Of a DNA stretch of 64,000 bases, positions 1 to 12,991 are shown one piece after another; position 1 is the first letter of the stretch, and every line of letters begins with the position of its first letter. The translations under genes and the position numbers were made by a program. Origin of the DNA: the human T2T-CHM13v2.0 reference genome, Homo sapiens; NCBI RefSeq assembly GCF_009914755.1, contig NC_060940.1; one strand, written 5' to 3'. The notes beneath the pieces are model-generated. The model made no database searches and was not told the DNA's origin. It worked only from the letters and a program-made list of their open reading frames with translations.

Positions 1-957
1 GTGAAGGACTGGTCATGGGCTGTAAAAATGTTCTTTGAATAAATAAACAGGTGAATGAATGAATGAGTCATTGCCTTTCTTGTAATTCAGTGAATTCATT
101 CTTAATATTATAAATAGTCCAATAATATAAACATTCCCGTCTCACTGATCCAAGTCCTGCTAAGCAAACCGTAAAAATATTAGGATTTAGTTTTACAAAA
201 TTTGTTTTTCATTACTAATATGGAACAGTACTCTAATTTTGCTAGTCTAGCTAGAGAGAAATTGGCAACATTGAAGAAAAAGTGGCTGCAAAATGGCAAG
301 ACTGTCAAATTTTGTCAAGCTCTTTACGCTAGCGGGAAAATATTTTTGCATGCTTCATCTAATGTCAATCATCTCTGCAGCCCTACCAGTAAGGAGTATG
401 GATAGCTTCGCAGCAATATCCCCAGAACCCTAAAAGCATGCTGTCTCCAAACACTCCTACACAGACTTGCAGCTGCTCCAAGAGAAGCTTTACATTGAAA
501 TGCAGCACATGAGGAAAATGAAAAGGTATTCATTAACTTTAATGGAGTTTCCTTTATTCCAAGATTATATACTTGATATCTAGTGGGTTGTGGTTAAAAT
601 GTCCTTCCTAATAGAAGGTGGAAGATATTTCTTCTTGTTTTATGGCCCCTCGCTTTATGCCCTTACTTAGCTAAGGAAAAAGTTGGTTATTCTAATGTGC
701 TCCAAAAATATTTAACATTTTAAAGGTTTATAAAATTTAAAAGTTTGAGGTCTACTCTTCTGTACCATTTGGAGGACTTATGTGGGACACATTGGACCAA
801 GTTCAGCCAATTTTATTGAACGAGTTTTATTCCATGAGCTAACACCAACTCATTGTACTGAAAAGGATCCTGAGCCTCATATGTGATCAAAAGTGGGGAA
901 AATATGCTGGAATCCATTAATGAGGTCTGCTGTGGATGCGAAGGGGAAAATCGTGAC

Positions 958-1160
958 CCATTTGCAGTGGTAAATATTTAACAACTACTCTCTAAAAAGA
1001 AGAAAAGCCCTGATTTGTGACATTGGCCAATTTCTATGGTGACAATGCTCTCACCACGGCCAGTTCCAAGCCACTAACACAGCATAACAAGGAAGAGCTG
1101 TGAAGAAATGCACATGATTGGCCTTCATGAGCTGGTACGAGCCAGGCTCAGAACACCCTG
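958..1160 (-). mobile_element. MER63A-like hAT DNA transposon fossil
   Basis: GGTAAATATTTAACAAC...AAAGCCCTGATTTGT...GAGCTGGTACGAGCCAGGCTCAGAACACC matches the reverse complement of the recalled MER63A consensus. Confidence 0.75.
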
Positions 1161-1971
1161 GCATACTTGCCGCATATTTTCAGCTCCAATTCTGTACAGT
1201 GGGAGCCATGGCATGCGTGTGCTTCAGTCTTCGATTCACAGACTGCAACTCTTCTTTCCCTTACCCATGTGTCCACATGATATTCCTTTGATGGGAGAAC
1301 TGTCATATGTTTCTGGGTTTTATATTAATATGCTTAATTTATCTCTAGCATGAAATGAAATGGATGATCTCACAGATTCCTTGCTGGCAAGAACATTGGC
1401 ACTAAAATGTGAGTGCTGACACGCAAACATCAAAACATGAACGACACTGAAACAAAGCTACTGAAGTCCATCACAGGGAACTGGCGTTAGGTGCTGAAAC
1501 TGATGGAGGCCTAATTGGGATCTGCCTTCTTGCTATGGATGCCACAGAGACTAACACTTATTAAACAACTGGAGCTTGTTATGTAGTGTCCAAAATGAAT
1601 GGACTCAAGACGCTATTTCTAGGCTGAGCAAGCAGCTTTCTGAAGAGCACTAAATCCTAATATTTACTAAACATTGAGTCATGTCATTAAGCCTGAGGTG
1701 CAGGGCCCAAGAAAGGCTTACAGTACTGAGTGCTGGTTTTGTCATCTGGCTTCATGCACATTCAACTCATGCCTTACTTCTCTGAGTGCTAGCCCAGCCT
1801 CCTCCTGCTTCACTCCGGAGCTCCAATTCCCTTGAAGAAAAGCCAGAAGGCTGGTTCAAACTGGGGTTTTAAAATCTAGGAGTCAATATAGGATTGGAAG
1901 AGTTTGGAACCTAGAGATTGGGTACTGTTGTCCAAAGCATAGGTCTATGCAGGCTCCAGTGTGTGGCTATG

Positions 1972-2050
1972 CAAGGTTCCAATGTGCAGTTGTACAAGCT
2001 GTGTACTGCACAATTCCAGGAGACACTATTTTATGTGAATATTTCAGCCC
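1972..2050 (+). mobile_element. MER91-family hAT fragment
   Basis: CAGTTGTACAAGCTGTGTACTGCACAATTCCAGG resembles the MER91 terminal segment. Confidence 0.5.
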
Positions 2051-2499
2051 TACATCTATAGGGCCTGGAAGTAGGGTAGGATATGCAGCAAATGGTCAGT
2101 GATAATGAATAGGGAAGATTAATGAAAGGAGTTCAGGAAGGAAAAAAAATGTTGGGACTGTTATAGCTGAGCCCCTCTAGGGAGAAAACTGTCCTAGAAA
2201 AGCTGGCTTGAACTAGACTCAGCATTGTACAGATATGGAAACCAAGACACAGAGAGGGAACTGCTCATTGCTCAGAAAATGAGGGGATTGACAGGAAGAA
2301 AAAAGTTGTTGCTTGGGCTAACAACCTGGGGACAAGAAGCTCTTGCAACTCAAGCTCAGACGTGCTTGTAAACTCAACAAGTGAGTGGACATGCAGGTAT
2401 GGGACCAGGGACAGAATCAGAAATTAGTTGGGAGCCCAGGGAATGCTCCAAGAGCAGGACAAGGGTGGGATGAAAAGATCCCAACCACTCCATAATTAG

Positions 2500-2740
2500 T
2501 GTAGATCACTGTGCATTGGCAGGTATTCCCCCATCACATCTGCACAACAATCTTGAGTTCTGTTCTACAGTCTCAATATCTAAGAACTGGAGTTCAGAAA
2601 AGTTAGGTAACTTGCCCAACTTCCCACAGCCAGGAAGCAGCAGAGCTGGGAATTGAATCTAGTTATGTCTAAGTCTAAAGGTAATCCAATTAAGTCTAAG
2701 TCTAAGGGCCTGGGACTGGAATCCAGTTAAGTCTAAAGAC
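2500..2740 (-). mobile_element. MIR SINE
   Basis: AGAAAAGTTAGGTAACTTGCCCAAC...CAGAGCTGGGAATTGAATC is the MIR core in reverse. Confidence 0.7.
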
Positions 2741-2741
2741 C

Positions 2742-2895
2742 TGTACCACTCAAAGTCCTTTGATGGGCATCACCAGCACCATCTTGGAACTTAATAGAAA
2801 ATTCAGACTCCCTGGTTCGATCTGAGACCTACTGAATTAGAATCTGCATCTAAGCAAGATGGCCATGTCACTCAAGTTTAAATTTGAATAGCACT
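2742..2895 (+). mobile_element. MER5A-type hAT-Charlie fossil
   Basis: CAGCACCATCTTGGAACTTAATAGAAA...GACCTACTGAATTAGAATCTGCAT...TTTGAATAGCACT. Confidence 0.7.
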
Positions 2896-3694
2896 ATTCT
2901 AGAAGAACCCTTTCCAAGTATCCTTCCAAGTGATTCTGCCTCCAGAGTATTAAATCCTGATTCATTTTTTTTTTTCCAGTATGGTTGGACCAAGATATTC
3001 TACCATTCCTAGCAGAGATTTACCCTGGAGCAAGAAAAATGTCAGGGGGTTGAAGCTGTTATTTCCTCTTCAATTTCTTTGCTAATGAGAGTGAAAACAG
3101 CACAGCCATGTGTGACTGCTCTCATGATGATGACACAGCCAAGATGAGGCTTGTTTTAAGGTAAAATAACTGTTCTGAGCTGGCCACTGTCCCAGGGATT
3201 CATCCAGCTTTATGTGACTTTTCATCGCCTTGGCTGTTGAGCAGAATGAAATTCAGTGTAGCTTGTGATGCAGATGCCAGGAAAAAGTAGGAGCAAGGCT
3301 GAGACTATCGGGTTTCACCTCTCTTCTCCTCAAGCTGTCAGAACAAACCGACTTCCATCACCCTAACCCACAGGAAATTATATAAAAGATTGACCACTCA
3401 AAATGGACCTTCCCCTCCCATAGGCCTTCATGGAACATAGGATCCCTCCTTCCTGGCCATAGCTGATCAGACCAAGGATGGAACAGAGATGACATGGGTC
3501 TCCCAGATTCATATACCCATTCTTATTTATTCTGTCTCCCTCTTTCTCTCCTCTCTTCCATCCCTTCCTCTCTTGCTCTCTATTCCCTCCTCACTTTCTT
3601 TCTTTATTTCCTCTCCTACACCTCATATCTGGAATTGCAGAAGAGAGAGACAAATTCTGAGTCAGCAATGAGGGGATTCTAGTATTACTCTAAA

Positions 3695-4155
3695 TGTCCC
3701 CCCTCCCATGCCCTCTAGGTCCCCACCTTTATATGCTGAAAGCTGCTGTCTGCAAACACCTGCAACTCTGGCTGCAGGAGCACATTTGGCCAACATACAG
3801 AGGAAGCGGGAAGTGCCAAAGAATTAATGCCTCTACAAGCAAGAGTTAATGCAGCCCTGAAAGAGGACTAACTGCATTTGGTATATAAATCGCCCAAGCT
3901 CTCTTGTCCCTTACGTAGGCTATCTCAAGAGCACATATTCTACACTGATGTCTTGAGTTCCTCAAGAAAGATTAGGCTCCAGTTGCCCAGAATGGTAACT
4001 TGCTTAATAAAACATCCTTCACTGGCTTCCTTTTCTCCCTCTCGCCCACTTTTCCTTGCCTTTCTCGCTCCCCACCCACTTTCTGGTATTTCCCAGACTC
4101 ATCTTCCAAATAACCACTTGTATTTGAATCTTCACATCAGGATCTGCTTCTGAAG
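3695..4155 (+). mobile_element. LTR16-family (ERVL) solo LTR
   Basis: 3' end CTTCCAAATAAACCACTTGTATTTGAATCTTCACATCAGGATCTGCTTCTG and internal CTCCAGTTGCCCAGAATGGTAAC are typical of LTR16. Confidence 0.75.
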
Positions 4156-4489
4156 TCTATCTCAAGGAGCCCTCTAAGGTGAAGGACGAGGTCATGGAGA
4201 GACATGGGGAACCAAGTTATGGGGAAGCAGGAGTGGCAGAGGCAGAGGAAGGGGTGAGGGAGTCAAAGGCCCAGAGTGGGTAAGGGGAGGCTGGGGGTTC
4301 CTCCCCTAAGCAGCCTCAGCACCACGTGGCTCTCCAGGTGCAGGCCTAGGTCCAAGATACCTTACAGAAAGCCCTCTTCTTCAAAGGCCAGAGAAAAGTC
4401 CTGGTCTTTGCACCCCGTGGAGAACCTAATTACATTGGCAAGCCAAACCAAGGCAAAAAATGGTGGGTTGGAGGCAGATGATGTTAAAA

Positions 4490-4745
4490 GAGCAACAGTA
4501 CTAGCTAGCCCTTCTTGAGCGTTTCTGAGATGCCTAGCATTTTCCTAGGCACTTTGAGTGTGTTGACTCATGCAATCCTCACAACCACTTATGAGGTAGT
4601 TTCTATCATTATCATCAGTTTACTAATGAGGAAACTGAGTCACTGAAAGTTTGAGTGATTTGACACAGTTCTTGAGTGTGTCAGATTTAGGCTCAAACGC
4701 AGTCAGTTGAGCCCCTAAGCACCACACTAAACCAGTCCACATGGC
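4490..4745 (-). mobile_element. MIR SINE, near full length
   Basis: AATCCTCACAACCACTTATGAGGTAG...ATGAGGAAACTGAG. Confidence 0.85.
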
Positions 4746-5059
4746 ACTAGCTGAGGTCTGCCCTCCTTTTAGAGGTGGGTCTTCACACCTTCAGAACTTA
4801 TATCGCCAATGCAGTGTTGTTATGGTCTCCAAAAGTTTCTGGCCTTGGATCTCTTCGCTTCTTAAGGGGATTTTGTCCCAAGCAAAATACAGGTGCCTCA
4901 GGGGACTGGATGGAGCCTGAGAGAGGCTTGAGTGAGGCCGAGCCCCTGGCCCAGCACTCAGGCCAGAGGCGAGAGAGATCAGCTGCGATGCTTTTTATAG
5001 CCTCAGACAACAAGCCACTAACCACGAGCTGGCAATCACGTGATGAATGCAGAGCCAAG

Positions 5060-5200
5060 AGCTTTATCAGTTTTATAATTTACATGGTCTCCATCTCTGT
5101 TGAGTACATTATTCCCATTTCACTTTTGGGAAAACCGAAGCTCAGAGAAGATAAGTACTAGGGCCCGTTGGGTCAGTTTGCCCTACAGAGCTCGAGTCCT
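5060..5200 (-). mobile_element. MIR fragment
   Basis: ATTATTCCCATTTCAC...GAAAACCGAAGCTCAGAGAAG. Confidence 0.6.
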
Positions 5201-6018
5201 TGCCCAGAGGTTTTGGGCTGACTCTGGGCTTAGGTCGCCCAAGGAGCTCGAATGGGTGGGGTGGCTGGAGCATATGGACAGGACTATTCAGACAGTGGTG
5301 TGGCCAGCCATTAGACATGGAGGGCATGAGGAGCAGGGCCCAGAACTCAGGAATAATGCCTGGAGCAAACAGGTATCAGTGCCCCTGCTGGGGATCTCCA
5401 GGGTTGGGAAGGCTCTCATGAGACCAAGATTTTCCCAGAGACACTCCAGCGTCTCAGCGCACACTGTGTTCCCTCTAAGTCTGCTCTGCTCAGCCTAGGG
5501 AATCCTTTTCTGATGCTGTGGTGGGAAGCTTTGCTCAGATCCACCATGAATTCTCTCCAATCTGTCTCTAGTTGCTGCAGGGCCTACGTTTTGAAAACTC
5601 AAAAGCCAGTAACAAAATGATGACTGGAAAAGGAGTAAGGGGGAGCTAAGGAAATGGCAGGAACACTGGTTAAGTCTTCAAAATTGTATCACCACCACAC
5701 CCCCCTCCACCAAGAAATATGTTACCTCGGTTGTTAAAAGCATTGATACATCCAGCATTTAGAAGTGCAAACCTCCAGTTGTTTTGGGGGGATACACTTC
5801 CTCATTTTTTTTCCTCTCCTTTATACTTTAAAGGTGAGGAAAGATCTATGCTAGTTTTTTCTTTCCTTCTTTCTTTCTTTTTTTTTTTATCCTCAGAGAC
5901 CCGAGAAGTCAAGAAGGAGCCTGAACCAAAGTCCCTGATTAGAAGGTGCCCCTATAGGAGGAGCTGAAAAGAAGGTTTATAAGAAAATAAAAATAGCAAA
6001 AATAATACCAGTAGCATA

Positions 6019-6021
<3 letters not shown>

Positions 6022-6056
<35 letters not shown>
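6022..6056. repeat. Poly(T) tract, 35 nt
   Basis: Uninterrupted T run seen directly. Confidence 0.95.
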
Positions 6057-6057
<1 letters not shown>

Positions 6058-6708
6058 GCCACTAAGAATAGCAGCAGTAGACTCCCTGTGCTCTGGGCCC
6101 ATCTTCTGAAGCTCATTGTGGTGGGAGCTAGAATCCATTTTCTGTTTCAATTGACATTAATTTCATCCCAGCATATTTCGGGCCTCTCATCACAAGATGA
6201 TTCATTGCTGCATGTAAGCGAGTACAATCAGCTCAAATATTTGTAGTCGTCATGCAATTGCTGTAAGAAAACAGGGGACTGTGAGCCGCAGATCGCTCCC
6301 CTCCCCACCAGCCCCTACCCTGAGCCGAGGTGTCAGGTTAAAATGACAGGCAGCTGCCTGGTTCATCCTCTTCTGCTTTGCTGACTTAGAGCCACACAAA
6401 GATCCATCCCCCTGGAGACCAGCAGCTTCTGTCAAGAAGATATTTTTGTGGAGAGGGTTATGCCCCCAACAGCCTAGCCAGGAATATTTCCAAAATCACT
6501 TTGGAGGAAAATCTTGTCAGACCTTCCCCTCACATGGTTTTCTAACCTTTATGTCCAAGAAACTCTTAGGGTAAGTTTTCTTAGTGATTATCTTAGCATC
6601 CTAGACTCACAGGGCATAGGTGGCCTCGGACCTCTTCCTCGCCCTTCCAATAATGCTACTGGGGAGGCGATTGAGAAACACAGATTACACAAGACTCATC
6701 AAGGGTGA

Positions 6709-7461
<753 letters not shown>

Positions 7462-7512
7462 TGAAATATGAAATACTTATTCCATAATCCCAGTCCTCAA
7501 AGATAATACCAC

Positions 7513-7684
7513 CAAGACTAGCTTTGTGGACATCTAACCTGTACAGTCACAAAAACTTTGCACTCAGAAGGTTCCTATGCTTGGTTTAAGCCTCTGCTGT
7601 CATATCTTGAATTTCTTAATTTTTTGAATGAAGGTCCTGCATTTTTATTTTGCATTGGGTTCTGCTAATTAAGTAGCTGGTCCT
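7513..7684 (+). mobile_element. MER45A hAT-Tip100 fossil
   Basis: CACTCAGAAGG...CTTGGTTTAAGCCTCTGCTGTC...CATTTTTATTTTGCATTGGG...GTAGCTGGTCCT matches recalled MER45A. Confidence 0.75.
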
Positions 7685-7734
7685 AATCACTGTTAACATT
7701 TTAGTGCTATCTTTTCCAATGCCTTGAATCTTGC

Positions 7735-7800
7735 TTCATCCCATTCATTGGTCTATTCATTTGCTCACTCAACAAATGTTCATTGAGTGCCTAGGAGGCA
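7735..7800 (-). mobile_element. L2 3' end fragment
   Basis: CATTCATT...CTCAACAAATGTTCATTGAGTGCCTA. Confidence 0.6.
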
Positions 7801-9049
7801 TAGAATCCCATGAAAATATCATTGAAAGGAGGGCTTGAGTGCATTATCCCATCAATACAAATTATTATGTTGGGATTGTGGGAGTTTGGTAGATGGCTAA
7901 CTAGATGCAGCCAGGAAGAGCATCTCCCATGGAGAGATCAGATTAAAAGATTTAAATGACTATGCACAGAGAAAGAATGGACTAAAACTCGTTGGAGGCA
8001 GAACTCAGGCAAAGGGAAGAAGGTCAGGCATGGTTCTCTGTCATCAGTGGTAACTACTCTGCATGTGCACACGTGTGAGATGTTCTGATGCGGATAGTAA
8101 GGGCAGAGCTTGAGTGCAGACAGGTGTTACTGACATGTAAGCAATGGCTCACACAACACACCTGTAACTACAGACACTTTTACCACCTAGCTATAGGAAA
8201 TAGGATTACTCTCTATCCAGTTCCTACAAAGTTCAGTTCCACAGCCATGGCCCAGCACTTCCAGTAAAAATTTAGTAATTGCTCTGCTGACCCTGCTCTT
8301 TCCTGAGTTTCCCAGCATTTTTATGGCCAGAGAATGGGAATGAATTTATTTGTCCTAAAGTCTAGAGAAAGTTGGCTTCAAAGCAATGGAGAGCTATTTC
8401 CTCCAAGCAGCAGGTAGAAAATGTAAAAGAAAGAGAAGAATTACCTCAATTACATGGTAAACATTGGAAACGCAAGGACAAAGCTCTGTAGGGTCTAAAT
8501 GTTATTTCTCCACTAGAAAAAAAAGATGTAACCTTTCTTTCTCTGGACCAAAGGCATCTGATATGAATGCTCCACATTTATAGTAATATACCCCACAGGA
8601 TATTTGAAAGCTCTGATTTAATCTTTAATTTCCCCCCAACAAAGTGTGGGCCTGAATTGTGCCACAGCAATAAGGTAGAAGTTCTGACCCTAAAACTAGG
8701 AGTTGTTCCAACTCTATAAATTTTTACCTGTCTTCCAGAAGTTCTAGAAAAGAGGAATGGTCAAAATTCCAATTGCCTTCTTGGTGTCTGACTGCACTTC
8801 TCTTGCTGTTGAACACCGCCAAGGAGAAAATTCTCAAGACCCAATGAGTTGAGAGAAAAACATCCTTTATCACAGACCAGGCTAACTTTGCCTTCACACC
8901 CTCCACCTTCCTCCTAGATAAACTTATTCTCACTACTTCCCTGGACATTTTCCTGTAGATGCACCAGGCTTGACACCAGTAAATATTCAAGTCAAATAGC
9001 TTTTATGAGATTTGAAATAACTACCGGAGGATATCTCACATAAAGTCAG

Positions 9050-9720
9050 TCTGCCTACCACTGGCCTTGCCCCCTCCAATTAACACTCCTTACTAAGACC
9101 AAAGTGACATTCTAAAAACTAAATCTGACCATATGCAGAACAGATGCCCCACATCTCCAAAGCCCACCTAAGTTGAAGGCAAGAGTGATGGGTAGTCCTG
9201 TCCACATACCCAGCATCCCACCACAAGGATGCACTGAGATGTCTCTCTGCTTTTCTAGCTCTAGGCTTTCTCTGAAGTTCCAGAAGCTATCTAATCCATG
9301 GGTAGATGCAGCCCAATGTGCAAGGAATTACTGCTTCTGCGGGCGCCCTTCTGCCAATGAAGGAGAGAAGTCAGTGCATCAATGTCCCCAGTTACCATTC
9401 TTCTGTAGGACAATTCAGAGACATGCTCCACATCATTCATTAAAGGACCTCCATCAAGATTAAGATCTTCCTGGCCCATGGTAGTTTCTAGCTCAATAAC
9501 ACTGTTGCATTGCTTTCCCATGCTCCCTCTGTTTCCTGGGATCACCTTCCACTTAAACCACTTGCACTTAAATCCTCATCTTAGTCTCTGCTTTCAGAGA
9601 AACCCAGACTAAGACACCATCTCATTCCCTCCCTTAAAACCTTTCAAAATCTTTGTGTTTCAGATGAACCTGAACCTGAAGCTCGTTAGCTTAATATTCA
9701 AGGCCCTTAAGAGTTTGCTT
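9050..9720 (+). mobile_element. L2 fragment interrupted by LTR16
   Basis: CCAAAGTGACATTCTAAAAACTAAATCTGACCAT continues after the LTR as CTCATTCCCTCCCTTAAAACC. Confidence 0.6.
9134..9616 (+). mobile_element. LTR16C-like solo LTR
   Basis: TG...CA ends; 3' end CCTGGGATCACCTTCC...AAACCCAGACTAAGACA; degenerate TSD CCATA/CCATC. Confidence 0.8.
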
Positions 9721-9721
9721 C

Positions 9722-9924
9722 TTTTTTTTCTCCCAAATTTTATTTTAGGTTCAGGGGGTACATGTGTGATGTCATATGGATGAATCTCCTATTGTGGGGG
9801 TTTGGTAGATGGCTGACTAGATGCAGCCAGGAAGAGCATCTCCCATGGAGATATCAGACCGTCAGGAAGAATGCACACTCTGAGCAACTCTTCTGAAGGA
9901 AGGCATTGACTGTTGTTGGAGGAT
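9722..9924. mobile_element. Rearranged mini-L1: antisense L1P 3' end (9722-9785) fused to a sense L1PA15/16-like 5' UTR (about 9791-9924)
   Basis: T-tract+TTTTATTTTAGGTTCAGGGGGTACATGTG (L1P 3' end reversed); AGATGGCTGACTAGATGCAGCCAGGAAGAGC...GAAGGAAGGCATTGA (old primate L1 5' UTR start). Confidence 0.65.
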
Positions 9925-10049
9925 GAATTTCCTTCTTGACTGTTACTCATGTGAACCCCGAATGCCAGCTGCACCTCCTTACCTACAGTTGAAACCCGCC
10001 ACTCAGCTGCACACCCTCACATCTTCTCATGCTGAGCTCTCTCTTCTCC

Positions 10050-10310
10050 ATCTCCTCATACCCATCTTGTTCCTACTCAGGCCTCAAGACCATGGTTTAA
10101 TGCTCCCTTATCTGGGAATCCTTGCCCACTCCAACCTCCACACTCAGATGCATTTTCCTGGTGGCTCTTTCATGGCATCAACATTTGTGTATTGCCTAAC
10201 CTCCCTGAAAGAATGTGAGTTCCTCAAGGGTAAGACCAGGTCTTCATCTGTCCGTGGAGCCCCAGGCTACATGCAGAGCTTGGCACACTGTAGAGGTGCA
10301 TGTAGACATT
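10050..10310 (+). mobile_element. L2 3' region
   Basis: GAATGTGAGTTCCTCAAGGGTAAGACC...CTTGGCACACTGTAGAGG. Confidence 0.65.
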
Positions 10311-10412
10311 TTTAAAGGGCCACATGGCTTTCCCTTCTATCCTTAGATGAGTCCTGGGCATTGTTGGTATTTTATGTTGGCAACAAAGAAAATTTTTTAA
10401 AGAAGTGGCATA

Positions 10413-10730
<318 letters not shown>

Positions 10731-10899
10731 ACTGGCATAAAGTGGCTCATCCAAACATTTACTGACATATCCACCTAGCAAAATCCCCCTTTCTGGAGTG
10801 AGGAGAGTGGATAATGTTGCCCCACAGATATTGACACACAGGCCAAGGCACACAGAGACCCCAAGTGGAAGGGTCTGAGGGCCTTAGAATGTTAGCGAT

Positions 10900-11030
10900 G
10901 TCCAAACCTGAGAAATTATACAGCCCAGCCAAGAGTGGGGAAGTGACTTGTTTAACAGGACAAGACAAGGACTAGAAACCCAGGCTCCGAATTCCCAAGC
11001 GAGCATCCTTTCCACTCACCCACATTGCTG
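10900..11030 (-). mobile_element. MIR fragment
   Basis: GGGAAGTGACTTG...GGACTAGAAACCCAGG. Confidence 0.55.
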
Positions 11031-12349
11031 CTCAAAAAGGGTGAGCTGGAACCAGGCTGGCTGGGCCTTGGTCTTTTCTAGCAGGTCAGAATGCAATATT
11101 TTTTGAAGGGTAAGGAAGTAGCAGTGAAGCAGTACTTCAGGAAAACTAATTGTCCCATGCACCCCAATTCAAGCTGAATCCGGCAAATTTCCCCAAAGAA
11201 ATTCTAGAACAAAGCTCCGGAAAAAAGAAAAAAAAAGAATAAGCAAGGATAATTGGGTTGATGGATCAGGTTTTCTGGTGTGCGCTATGTATTTTAAATA
11301 TTTTTCCTTATTGTCTTGTTGCTACATGTACAGAACAAAAGCTTCCTTTCTGCACTGTGCAGTGTGCAAAATATAAAGTTGTGAAGTCTGTAATGTAGGA
11401 AAGGCCTTGTTTGGTTCATTTCCATTGCTCCAGCACTGACTAGTTAACCCTATTGCCACCTTAGGGCAATAGAACTGAATTATGTATTCAGCAAAGTGGA
11501 CGGAAGAGAGGATGGATGAGTGGATGGCTGACAGAGGGGTGGTGCATGGGTGGGTGGAAGGGTGAGGTTTCTCCTCAGGACTTCACTTCTTTCCCTGTTC
11601 CTTCATGATCTCTTCTCTATTCTTAGCACCCCAGATTCATTACCCTTTTGCATTTTTCAAGACTACTCTTGGGACAGAATCTGATGTTTCTCCCCAGTAG
11701 GTAGAACGTCTCAGTTACTCAGAGGTTTCCCAGGCTCTCCTTGTCTCCCGGAGAAATGAGTTTCCTCCACTATGAAAAGCCTTTCTTTATATCCTTATCA
11801 CCCAGTTGGGCTGGTCCTCAGAAGTCTGTTAAATGTCAAAGGCCATCACCCAGACATTTTTCAAGAGAGAAGTCCTGAGACCCTTCTGAAGGGAGGAGTC
11901 CACCCTGGTCCATGCTGAGTCCTGCTGTTCTTGTGCCCCGTGATCTGATGCCACCCTCCCCAGGCAGTTCACTCAGAAGCAGCCAGTGCCTCCCTTTACC
12001 ATCACCTCCCCATTCATTTTAGCATTTTGCATAATGTGGTTTCCCCAGACAGTTTCCATCGTGTTTATTTCAGGAACTCCAGCAGTCACTAATAGCATGA
12101 CCTACATATTTTTTGATGTCCTAGGTGTTCTCCAATTATCATTAACCCAGTATGTTTTAAAACCAGTCTTATAAGTAATTATAGCAGGGAACTAGTTTTG
12201 CTTCTTTCCAATCAACAGGAAGAAATAATAAGAGAAGGATTTCAATCATGAGCTGAGAAATCTGCTTCTTAAGCAAAAATCCAGGAGAAAAATTGGCCAC
12301 TAGGGAAAGACAGAAGCACAGATTTCTTGATCCCTTCTTCTGCACTAGA

Positions 12350-12520
12350 TATTTTCACCTGTTATTGCCCACAATCCTCCTAACATCTTACAAAATAAGT
12401 ATTTCTATTACCACCTTTACAGACGGAGGAGCCGAAGCTTAGAGGAGTTGGAATTGTTTTCAAGGTAAAATGGCTAGTAAATAGAGAAGCACAGGTCTGA
12501 GCTGTGCAAACAAGCTTTGC
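12350..12520 (-). mobile_element. MIR
   Basis: CTTTACAGACGGAGGAGCCGAAGCTTAGAG. Confidence 0.65.
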
Positions 12521-12625
12521 AATTCCACAAGCTTACCCAGAGGTGGTCTCTGGTTCGGTCTGATCACCAGGCCCCACCACCACCTTCTCTGCAGAACAGC
12601 ATCCTGTGGCTTGAGAGAAGGCAGC

Positions 12626-12991
12626 TGATATGGTTTGGCTGTGACCCTACCCAAGCCCCATCTTGAAGTGCAGCTCCCATAATTCCCATGTGTCATGGGA
12701 GGGACCTGGTGGGAGGTAATTGAGTCATCAGGGTGGGTCTTTCCCGTGCTGTTCTCATGGAAGTGAATAAGTCTCAGGAGATCTGGTGGTTTTATAAATG
12801 GGAGTTCCCCTGCACAAGCTCTCTCTTGCCCACCATCATGTAAGAAGTCCCTTTGCTCTTCCTTCATCTTCCTCCCTGATTGTGAGACACCCCCAGCCAT
12901 GTGGAACTGTGAGCCCATTAAACTTCTTTCCTTTATAAATTACCAAGTCTCAGGTATGTCTTTATTAGCAGCCTGATAACAGACTAATACA
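12626..12991 (+). mobile_element. THE1B-type MaLR solo LTR
   Basis: TGATATGGTTTGGCTGTG ... ACAGACTAATACA; perfect 5-bp TSD GCAGC (12621-12625, 12992-12996). Confidence 0.92.
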
